From Gemmatimonadota bacterium (lineage in GTDB: Bacteria > Gemmatimonadota > Gemmatimonadetes > Gemmatimonadales > GWC2-71-9), in NCBI GenBank assembly GCA_016880225.1, contig JAEHDT010000197.1, forward strand, positions 1 through 25,410: a DNA stretch of 25,410 nt, given 5' to 3'. The notes under the pieces were generated by a model. It was not told where the DNA came from. It saw nothing but the letters and a program-made list of their open reading frames with translations, and did no database searches. A program made the translations under genes and the position numbers. Of the stretch, positions 18,118 through 25,410 are shown piece after piece. Positions within the stretch are counted from its first letter, which is position 1. Every line of letters begins with the position of its first letter.

Positions 18118-18162
18118 GTTGTTTCTGAACGGAACGGGCGGGACTCCGGCGCGGCGCACCAC

Positions 18163-19803
18163 GTGACCCCACAGAAGCTGATTCGATCGCTGCGCGTACC
18201 CTTCAGCGGTCCCACAACAACCGGGAGCCGGGCCAGCGGCCTCCCCCCCGACCTGCTGCGCGAGGCGTCCCGACGATTGGGGCTACTCGCGCTTGTCACG
18301 ATGGGTTTGGCGGTCATCGACCTCGCCCTCGGGCAGATGCTGTTCCCGCAGCTCCACGTCGCGTGGCCGGCCTGGCTCACCCCGGTTGTCGTGGGCATCG
18401 CGCTCGTGTCGCTGGGCGTGTTCCTGTACACACGCCGCAGCCGCGGTCGTCCAGAATCCTTCATAACGCTCGGGCTCGCCTACGAGGTGGCCGTGGCCGC
18501 CGCCCTTGGATTCATCAACCACCTGCTGGCTCCGCCCGAAGGGTTGACGGCCGGGCCGACTCTATCACGGATCAGTTTCATCGTGCTGATCTTCCCGGCG
18601 TTCGTGCCGAGTACCCCACGCGCGACGCTCGTGACCGCGCTGATCGCGGCATCGATGGATCCGCTCGCGATGGCCACGGTGAGCGCCGTGCGGCACTTGG
18701 GCGTGCCCGCAGGCCATCTGCTGTGGATGCACATCACGAATTACTTCAGCGTCGGGGTTGCGGTGGTGATCTCCCACATCATCACGCGTCTGGGGCGTGA
18801 GGTGCGCGATGCGCGCGACCTGGGAAGCTACCGGCTGGGAGAGCTGCTCGGCCGGGGCGGCATGGGCGAGGTATACGTGGCGCACCATCGCATGCTGGCC
18901 CGGCCGGCGGCCATCAAGCTCATTCGACCCGAGAAGCTCGAAGGGGAAGGCGGCGATCAAGCCCTGCGCGTCGTGCAACGCTTCAAGCGGGAAGCGCAGG
19001 CGGCGGCCAGCTTGCGCTCGCCGCACACGATCGAGCTGTACGACTTCGGGGAGACCGACGACGGTACGCTGTACTTCGTGATGGAGCTGCTCGACGGCAT
19101 CGACCTTGATTCCTTCGTCGACCGCTTCGGGCCGATGCCTCCGGCTCGTGCGGTGCACGTGCTACGCCAGGCATGCGATTCGCTCGCCGAAGCGCACACC
19201 CGCGGGCTGATTCATCGCGACGTGAAGCCCGCGAACGTTCACCTCTGCCGCATGGGCCTGCTACACGATTTCGTGAAGGTGCTGGATTTCGGAATCGTGA
19301 AGTCGCAACACAACCTGGCAACCGGACCGTCGATCGCGACCGCGGCCGATCGCATGATCGGAACACCGGCCTTCATGCCGCCGGAGATGGCACTCGGGGG
19401 CGTCGTGGACGGGCGGGCGGACATCTACGGGCTCGGCTGCCTAGGCTACTGGCTCCTCACGGGTGAGCTGGTATTCGACGGCGCGACCACGTACGAAGTC
19501 GTCGCGCAGCACATCAACGCCGTGCCCGTGCCACCATCCACCCGGAGCGGCCTGCCGATTCCCGTGACGCTCGATGACGTCATCCTCGACTGCCTCGCCA
19601 AGGACCCGGAGCGCCGACCGCCGGACGGGCTCGAGCTGTCTCGCCGCCTTGCCACCTCCGTGCTGCACGAGCCGTGGTCCGAGCAGGATGCGGAACGCTG
19701 GTGGCGGACCCACCTCCCACGTCCGCGTGGCGAGCCGCCCGCAGCGGCGAGCGAACAGGTGCTCGCTACCCGGCCCTCGCGAAGGATCATTCCTTGGGTC
19801 TGA
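18163..19803 (+). CDS. Hanks-type Ser/Thr protein kinase with an N-terminal multi-pass membrane domain
   Basis: About six hydrophobic segments precede GRGGMGEVY, AAIK, HRDVKPAN, DFG, GTPAFMPPE and DIYGLG. Confidence 0.93.
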   Translation: MTPQKLIRSLRVPFSGPTTTGSRASGLPPDLLREASRRLGLLALVTMGLAVIDLALGQMLFPQLHVAWPAWLTPVVVGIALVSLGVFLYTRRSRGRPESFITLGLAYEVAVAAALGFINHLLAPPEGLTAGPTLSRISFIVLIFPAFVPSTPRATLVTALIAASMDPLAMATVSAVRHLGVPAGHLLWMHITNYFSVGVAVVISHIITRLGREVRDARDLGSYRLGELLGRGGMGEVYVAHHRMLARPAAIKLIRPEKLEGEGGDQALRVVQRFKREAQAAASLRSPHTIELYDFGETDDGTLYFVMELLDGIDLDSFVDRFGPMPPARAVHVLRQACDSLAEAHTRGLIHRDVKPANVHLCRMGLLHDFVKVLDFGIVKSQHNLATGPSIATAADRMIGTPAFMPPEMALGGVVDGRADIYGLGCLGYWLLTGELVFDGATTYEVVAQHINAVPVPPSTRSGLPIPVTLDDVILDCLAKDPERRPPDGLELSRRLATSVLHEPWSEQDAERWWRTHLPRPRGEPPAAASEQVLATRPSRRIIPWV

Positions 19804-22420
19804 GCAGGTCCCGGTACGGCGCGTAGTCGCGCAGCGACTCGAACGCGAGATCGGCGTGCAGCCCGAAGGCCTGCGGGTACCCCCGGGTGAACGCGTCCCG
19901 GAGCAAGGCCACGGCGGCGTCGCGCTCGCCCAGCAACGCATGGATGCGCGCCCGCCACACAGCGGGCCGGCCGAAGACGTACGGCCGCTGCACGCGCGCG
20001 AGCGTCTGGTCCACGCGCAGGGCCTGGTCTCGGTTCCCCTGGCGCGCGGCGACTGCGCCCAGGTACCCGAGGTAGTCCAACGGGTCCCACATGTCGCCCA
20101 TCACGGCGACGCTCGCGGGCGAGTCGCTCCGGCCGGGTTCCCCCCGTGCCGCCAGGCGCTCGAATTCGCGTTGCGCGTCCGCGAGCCGTCCCGCCAGGTA
20201 GTCCACGAGCGCCACACGAACCTGGTGCGCCTCGGTTGCCGCTTCCGCCGGCGGACGCGCCGCCAGCCAGTCGCGAGCCTGCGCGAGCGTCGTGCCGCCC
20301 TCCGCGGCGTGGCCGTGTGCCCGCAGCTCAAGGGCGGCCAGCAGCAGCACCTCCGCCGGCGTCCACCCGTGCATGGGAGGAAAGTTCGCGCTCACGGCGA
20401 CCCGGCGGCTCATCTCCTCCGTTCGGCCGAGCGCCGCGAGGGCCCGCACCTCGGTGGCGAGAATCTCCAGATTGCCGGGGAACCGGCGCACACCTTCGAG
20501 CGCCTGCTTCAGCTCGCGGTTGTGGTCGCCCACCAGGTGCAAGGCGCTAGTCAGGTTGTACCAGTACACCCACCAGCCGCGTGTGAAGCCGCGGTCCGGG
20601 CCGAGGGACTCGAGCGCGTCCACGGCCTCGCGCGGACGATTGAGCGCCATGGCGTCTTCCGCGACCAGGTACAGCGCTTCAGAGCCGGGCGCGAGATTCG
20701 CCATTGCGCGCGCCGCCCGGAGCGCCTCCACCCCATCGCCACGGCACGTCGCCAGCACCCATGCCAGGTACGAGCGGTCGAGCGGGGCGAACCGGTCGGC
20801 GTGCCGCTCCAGGGCGTGACCGATGGACTCCGCTGCGGCCCACTGCCCCACATTCATGTGAGCGTTCGCGGCGAAGATCAGCGGCAGCCGGAACGTCGTG
20901 TCCACGGCCGCCGCGTGCTCGAAGTGCGCGATCGCCCCCGCCATGTCGAATAGGACGAACCGGTCCAACCCCTCGATGAATTCCTGATATGCCTGGAAGT
21001 TCGGCGGCTGGCTCGCCATCGTCGCCCAGCGGCTGAGCCGGGAGTCGAACAGCGTCGCCAGCGCGGCCATGACGCGCTGGCGCAGCGTCTCGACCGCGCC
21101 GAGCGGCTGAGCGAGCGGCCCGGCGACCGGCTCGAGCGCCCGCAGGAGCTTCCCGTCCGCCGCCGCCGAGATCTGGACCTGGAAGCGTACGCTGTCCGCC
21201 TGGCGGTAGTAGGCGCCCGACACGACCGTTCCGGCGCCGGTCTCCCGGCCCAGGGCCCGGAGTCCCGCCGCGTCGAGGTAGCCGGGAGCGTGTTCTCCCG
21301 ACGCGATAATCACGGACATCGAAGGGACCACTTCGACGAGACCCGTTTGCGCGAGCCCCTGTGTCACCCAGTCGGCCGCCATGTGACCGAGGTTGTCGAG
21401 CGACGTGTCCCCCGTACGGTTCTCGAGCACGGCCACGACCACCCGGCGCTCGATCAGGCCGGACGCCGGACGCCGCACCGCCAGGACCACGGCGACGGCG
21501 GCTGCGACCACGACCCCGCCCGCGAGCGCGAAGCGGCGGCCGCGGCGGCCCGCGAACAGGCTGCGCGTCGGCACGCTCGTGCGATGGGCCGGTCCCCCGA
21601 GCGCCGCCGCGAACTCCGCCGCCGATGGAAACCGGTCGTCGGGCCGCGGCGCGAGCGCCCGCGAGACGGCGTGCTTGACGGCCCGGACGACCCCGGTTTG
21701 CGCGCCCCGCAGCCCGCGGCTCGACTCGAGCGCCGCCCAGTTGTGGACCCCGCGGTCCACTTCGCGCCGCACCGGCGTTTCGCCCGCCAGCATCTCGAAC
21801 AGCACGCACCCGAGGCTGTAGACGTCCGTACGGGCGTCGAGCTCCATGCTGCCCATCGCCTGCTCGGGGCTCATGTAGCCCGGCGAGCCGATGGCCTGGC
21901 CGGTCTGCGTGAGGGTCATGGTGCCGGCGGCGCTGATCGCGCGCGCGATGCCGAAGTCGGCGACGATCGCGTGTTCCCCCGAAAGGAGGATGTTCTCGGG
22001 TTTGATGTCGCGGTGGATGATCCCCTGTCCGTGCGCGAAGGCGAGCGCGTCCGCCACGTCGCGTGCGATGTGGACCGCGTCGTCGAGCGGCAGCCTCTTC
22101 TGCCGGATCAAGCGATGCCGCAGCGACTCCCCCTCGACGTACGGCATGACGTAGTAGAAGAGGCCGCCGGCTTCTCCGGCCGAGAAGATCGGCACGATGT
22201 GGGGATGGCTGAGGTTCGACGAAAGGTCCACTTCGCGGATGAACCGCTCCCGCAGGAGACGCGTGGATAGCTCCGGGTCGAGCACCTTGATTGCCACCCG
22301 GCGATGCGGATGCTGCTCCACCGCCAGGTACACCCGGGCCATCCCGCCCGCCCCGATCTCGCGTGCGACGTCGTAGCGGGGTGCGAGAGCCTCGCGCAAG
22401 GAGTCGAGGACGTCGAGCAT
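19787..22420 (-). CDS. Hanks-type Ser/Thr kinase + single TM + TolB-N/FlgO-like domain + TPR-like repeats
   Basis: Motifs GAGGMARVY, VAIK, HRDIKPEN, DFG and GSPGYMSPE are followed by a TM segment (FALAGGVVVAAAVAVVLAV), VVVAVLENRTGD...WVTQGL and helical repeats. The gene overlaps the neighbouring kinase by 17 nt at the 3' ends. Confidence 0.93.
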   Translation of the reverse strand: MLDVLDSLREALAPRYDVAREIGAGGMARVYLAVEQHPHRRVAIKVLDPELSTRLLRERFIREVDLSSNLSHPHIVPIFSAGEAGGLFYYVMPYVEGESLRHRLIRQKRLPLDDAVHIARDVADALAFAHGQGIIHRDIKPENILLSGEHAIVADFGIARAISAAGTMTLTQTGQAIGSPGYMSPEQAMGSMELDARTDVYSLGCVLFEMLAGETPVRREVDRGVHNWAALESSRGLRGAQTGVVRAVKHAVSRALAPRPDDRFPSAAEFAAALGGPAHRTSVPTRSLFAGRRGRRFALAGGVVVAAAVAVVLAVRRPASGLIERRVVVAVLENRTGDTSLDNLGHMAADWVTQGLAQTGLVEVVPSMSVIIASGEHAPGYLDAAGLRALGRETGAGTVVSGAYYRQADSVRFQVQISAAADGKLLRALEPVAGPLAQPLGAVETLRQRVMAALATLFDSRLSRWATMASQPPNFQAYQEFIEGLDRFVLFDMAGAIAHFEHAAAVDTTFRLPLIFAANAHMNVGQWAAAESIGHALERHADRFAPLDRSYLAWVLATCRGDGVEALRAARAMANLAPGSEALYLVAEDAMALNRPREAVDALESLGPDRGFTRGWWVYWYNLTSALHLVGDHNRELKQALEGVRRFPGNLEILATEVRALAALGRTEEMSRRVAVSANFPPMHGWTPAEVLLLAALELRAHGHAAEGGTTLAQARDWLAARPPAEAATEAHQVRVALVDYLAGRLADAQREFERLAARGEPGRSDSPASVAVMGDMWDPLDYLGYLGAVAARQGNRDQALRVDQTLARVQRPYVFGRPAVWRARIHALLGERDAAVALLRDAFTRGYPQAFGLHADLAFESLRDYAPYRDLLRPKE

Positions 22421-22426
22421 GCGCGC

Positions 22427-22435
22427 AAGTTAGCA
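22427..22435 (-). promoter_or_regulatory. Extended -10 element (TG-C-TAACTT) 6 nt before the kinase ATG, suggesting a leaderless promoter
   Basis: The minus strand reads GACTGCTAACTTGCGCGC-ATG with no SD. The -10 hexamer is identical to that of ssrA. Confidence 0.6.
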
Positions 22436-22543
22436 GTCACGGCCCGGCCAGGCGAGCGAGATCTTGCCTACTGGCCGATACGCGTCCGCGCGCTACAATT
22501 CCTCAACACAACGCCGGGGGGTCGTCTGCGGAGCTCTCCCTAC

Positions 22544-23461
22544 GTGCGCCTGGCGGCGTACTATCTCGTACTCGGTATCGCCGTGTGGCTCCTGATCGCG
22601 GCGTTTCCTGCGATCCCCCAGCTGCTCGAGCGCTTCCGGGAGATCTCGGTGCTCGGCCTCGCCGCCGCGCGCCGCGGACGCGACCTCGAGGAGGTCGTGG
22701 GGCCCGCCGGCCAGGTCCTGTCGCAGGGCCAGTGGGCTTTCGTGACCCTGCTGTCGATGCTCACCGCGCTGCTGCTGGTGCTCCCGGTCGCCCGAGTGTA
22801 CATGATCACCAAGCAGCACTCGGGTTACGACCAGTCCGTCGTCCAGACGGTCATCATCCTGCCGATGACGGTGGCCGGCACCGTCATTCTCGTGCAGAAC
22901 AGTCTGGCCCTGGCATTTGCGCTCGCCGCGATCGTGGCGGCGGTGCGATTCCGCAACACGCTCAAGGACACGAAGGATGCCGTGTACATTTTCCTGGCGC
23001 TTGCGGTCGGCGTCGCCGCGGGCGTGTTCGCGCCGACGGTCGCCGCGGTGATGTCCGTCGTGTTCAACGTCGTGGTCCTGAGTCTTTGGCACTTCAACGT
23101 CGGCAACATCTACGCCGATCGCCTCGGCGCCGAGCGCGCCGGGCGCCTGCAACCCCACCTCGAGCGCAACGCGCGGCAGGACAAGAAGCCGTTCACCGGA
23201 GCGTTATTGATCCGCGCCGCCCGGATCGAGCCCGTGCAGCGCGCGGCGGAAACGTTGCTCGAAGAGCGCGTCAAGCGCTGGAAGCTCGCGGAAGTTGTTC
23301 CCTCCGATGGCGGGACGTCCGTGCTCGAGTACCTCATCAGGAGCAAGGACCCGGAGGTCGGAGCCGCGCTGATCGATGCCCTCCGAACCAGGGCTGATCC
23401 GGACATCGTGGCCGTGGAGTTTCGCTCGTTGCAGGGGCTGAAGCCCGGGGAGCGGCCGTGA
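22544..23461 (+). CDS. DUF4956 family membrane protein (MgtC-like TM region plus C-terminal ACT-like domain)
   Basis: Signature VQNSLALAFALAAIVAAVRFRNTLKDTKDAVYIFLALAVGVAAG. The start is uncertain: GTG 22544 was chosen (GGAG upstream, TACAAT at 22494-22499) because the ORF-track start at 22304 overlaps the opposite-strand kinase. Confidence 0.85.
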   Translation: MRLAAYYLVLGIAVWLLIAAFPAIPQLLERFREISVLGLAAARRGRDLEEVVGPAGQVLSQGQWAFVTLLSMLTALLLVLPVARVYMITKQHSGYDQSVVQTVIILPMTVAGTVILVQNSLALAFALAAIVAAVRFRNTLKDTKDAVYIFLALAVGVAAGVFAPTVAAVMSVVFNVVVLSLWHFNVGNIYADRLGAERAGRLQPHLERNARQDKKPFTGALLIRAARIEPVQRAAETLLEERVKRWKLAEVVPSDGGTSVLEYLIRSKDPEVGAALIDALRTRADPDIVAVEFRSLQGLKPGERP

Positions 23462-24621
23462 ACCCGCGGGCGTCGCCGCGCGGCGCCCTCGTCGTGTTGC
23501 TGTGGGTCGCAACGGCGTGTGGCTCCGCGCGAGCGCTGGACACAGCCGCGCCAGGGGTCGCGCTGGCGCCGGCGTCGCAGATCGATGTGACGCTCTTTCT
23601 GGTCGGTGATGCGGGCGTCCCCGCGGCGCCGCCCGACTCGGAGCCGGTGCTCGTCGCCCTGCGCGCAGCGGCCGGCGCCGTCCCGAGCCCCGTGATCGTG
23701 TTTCTTGGCGACAACGTCTATCCCCGCGGGATGCCAGATTCGGGCGCCGCAGGCAGGGCCGAAGCGGAGCGCAGGCTCTCGGCACAGCTCGCGGTGCTGC
23801 ACGCCACTGGGGCGCGTGGGCTGTTCGTCCCCGGCAATCACGATTGGGACCGGGAGGGGCCGGGAGGCTGGGAGGCCGTGCGGCGGGAGGGGCGATTCAT
23901 CGCTCAGAGCGGAGGGTCTCGCGTGGCGCTGCTGCCGAGAGACGGCTGCCCCGGCCCCGCCATCGTGGATGTGGGGGCCGCCGTCCGCCTCGTCGCGCTC
24001 GATACGCAATGGTGGCTGCATGGCGCGGCGAAGCCGCAGCATCCCGGCTCGTCGTGCCCCGCCGACTCCGAGGGCGAGGTGATCGATTCGCTCCGGGCTG
24101 CGCTCCGGACAGCAGGGACGCGCGCGGTGGTCGTCGTTGCCCACCATCCGTTGCTCTCCGGGGGACCACACGGCGGCCACTTCGGCTGGCAGGACCACGT
24201 GTTTCCGCTGCGGAACCTCAAGCCGTGGCTGTGGCTTCCCCTCCCGCTCGTCGGCTCGGCATACCCGATCGCCCGCGAGAACGGCATCTCGAGTCAGGAC
24301 GCCTCGAGCACCGCGTACCGGTGGATGCGCGCTGCGCTGGACAGTGCCTTCGCCGCTCGGCCCCCGCTCATCTACGCGGCGGGACATGACCACGCCCTCC
24401 AAGTGATTGCGGGAACCAGCGCTCGCTATGAGATCGTGAGCGGGGCCGGGACCTTCGGGCATCACAGCGGCGTCGCCGCGCTCGACGGCACGCGGTTCGC
24501 GCAGAGCGCCAGCGGCTTCATGCGAGTCGACGTGCTGCACGACGGCCGCGCCCGCCTGGACGTGACGGTCGTCGACGCAGGCGGCAAGGGGGCGGAGGCC
24601 TTCGGGTTGTGGCTCAACTGA
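23458..24621 (+). CDS. Exported calcineurin-like metallophosphoesterase of purple-acid-phosphatase type, probable lipoprotein
   Basis: All five PAP-type motifs are present: GDAG (DxG), GDNVY (GDxxY), GNHD, VAHH and GHDH. The N-terminal signal ends in VATA|C. The GTG start overlaps the upstream TGA. Confidence 0.92.
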   Translation: MNPRASPRGALVVLLWVATACGSARALDTAAPGVALAPASQIDVTLFLVGDAGVPAAPPDSEPVLVALRAAAGAVPSPVIVFLGDNVYPRGMPDSGAAGRAEAERRLSAQLAVLHATGARGLFVPGNHDWDREGPGGWEAVRREGRFIAQSGGSRVALLPRDGCPGPAIVDVGAAVRLVALDTQWWLHGAAKPQHPGSSCPADSEGEVIDSLRAALRTAGTRAVVVVAHHPLLSGGPHGGHFGWQDHVFPLRNLKPWLWLPLPLVGSAYPIARENGISSQDASSTAYRWMRAALDSAFAARPPLIYAAGHDHALQVIAGTSARYEIVSGAGTFGHHSGVAALDGTRFAQSASGFMRVDVLHDGRARLDVTVVDAGGKGAEAFGLWLN

Positions 24622-25410
24622 GCCGGCTCTTTGCGATCGGCGCCGCGCTCGCGGTGGTGCTTGCGCCGCATGGGGTCGCCGGCCAGACGACCGGTCCGCC
24701 GGGCCCCCCGCCTGCGCGCCAGACGGTGGCGGCGGGGATGCACTACCGCGCGGGCTGGCTCCATCGCCTACTGCTCGGCGCCCACTATCGCGACCTCTGG
24801 GCCACGCCCGTCGAGGTCGAGGTGCTGGATCTCTCCGGGTTCGCCGGCGGACTGACGCCGATGAGCTGCGGCGGCCGTCGCCAGACCAAGTCGCTCCGCT
24901 TCCAGGGAGGAGACGGGCGGCAGTACGTGTTCCGCTCCGTGGACAAGGATCCCACCCTGGCGCTCCCCCCGGAGCTGCGGGCCACGTTCGCCCGCGATCT
25001 CATCCAGGACCAGATCAGCTCGGCGCACCCCGGCGGCCCGCTCGTCGTGGCGCCGCTGCTGGATGCGGCGGGCGTGCTGCACGCCGAGCCGCGTCTCGCC
25101 CTCCTCCCCGACGACCCACGGCTCGGCCGCGTCGACTGCGTGCGCCCCGGCTTCAAGCTAGGAATGATCGAGGAGCGCCCCACCGAGCCTCCCGACAACG
25201 ATATGGGGTTCGCGGGTGCCGCCGAGCTGGCCGGGACCAGCAGGCTGTTCGAGCATCTGGAGCACGACTCGCGGCACCGGGTCGACTCGCGCGCATTCCT
25301 CGCCGCCCGGTTGATGGATGTCTACATCGGCGACTGGGACCGACACCACGATCAGTGGCGCTGGGCGCGTTTCGACTCGGGCGCCGTGCACACGTGGCGA
25401 CCCATCCCGC
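24609..25410 (+). CDS. Exported protein with an atypical-kinase-like domain, probably the N-terminal part of an Omp85/BamA-TamA-family protein (partial, runs off the window)
   Basis: Not in the ORF track because there is no stop in the window. Frame +3 is open for 267 codons from GTG 24609 (GGAGG upstream): MAQLSRLFAIGAALAVVLAPHGVAGQ...HYRDLWATPV...GGRRQTKSLRF...YVFRSVDKDP...QDQISSAHP...GMIEERP...RLMDVYIGDWDRHHDQWRW...WRPIP. Confidence 0.85.
   Translation, partial: MAQLSRLFAIGAALAVVLAPHGVAGQTTGPPGPPPARQTVAAGMHYRAGWLHRLLLGAHYRDLWATPVEVEVLDLSGFAGGLTPMSCGGRRQTKSLRFQGGDGRQYVFRSVDKDPTLALPPELRATFARDLIQDQISSAHPGGPLVVAPLLDAAGVLHAEPRLALLPDDPRLGRVDCVRPGFKLGMIEERPTEPPDNDMGFAGAAELAGTSRLFEHLEHDSRHRVDSRAFLAARLMDVYIGDWDRHHDQWRWARFDSGAVHTWRPIP

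Noticed and set aside
18116-18166. 16-codon uORF overlapping the kinase start (GTGA)
   Set aside because: Its ATG lies within the predicted -10 hexamer, so it would not be in the transcript.
21670-21780. Divergent kinase C-lobe segment (ETPVRREVDRGVHNWAALESS), suspected compensated frameshift
   Set aside because: In-frame codons keep the normal high GC3 pattern, so this is natural divergence.
22464-22499. TTGCCT...TACAAT as a -35/-10 pair
   Set aside because: The spacer is 24 nt, which is too long. Only the -10-like TACAAT is plausible.
22304-22543. N-terminal extension of DUF4956 in the ORF track
   Set aside because: It overlaps the opposite-strand kinase start and the divergent promoter region.
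1-25410. CRISPR arrays, tandem repeats, IS elements, tRNA or rRNA genes
   Set aside because: I saw no regularly spaced repeats, transposase motifs or tRNA cloverleaf. The only tRNA-like T arm belongs to the tmRNA.

Overview
High-GC bacterial window, probably Gemmatimonadota-like (inferred from the composition, kinase architectures and tmRNA tag). Left: bases ~1-370 are a TPR fragment of different composition, joined out of frame to the 3' part of an unrelated BamE/SmpA-like gene, probably a chimeric junction. Next come a zf-TFIIB-type Zn-ribbon gene, purL, purF and ppdK on the + strand. On the - strand are a YIP1 membrane protein and a complete tmRNA (ssrA, tag ANSNLALAA) with its own sigma70 promoter and terminator. 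Middle (- strand operon): a TolC-family protein fused to an N-terminal ABC-type substrate-binding domain, an MFP, a long RND pump with an insertion and an atypical TM10 motif, DUF4136 and an FAD monooxygenase. Right: two convergent membrane Ser/Thr kinases, then a coupled + strand operon. It encodes a DUF4956 membrane protein, an exported purple-acid-phosphatase-type metallophosphoesterase and an exported atypical-kinase-like protein. The last gene is truncated by the window end, is absent from the ORF track and probably continues into an Omp85 barrel. The two best candidates for an undescribed system are this envelope phosphatase/kinase(-Omp85)/DUF4956 module and the SBP-TolC tripartite pump. 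No CRISPR array, integrase, transposase, tRNA or rRNA was found.
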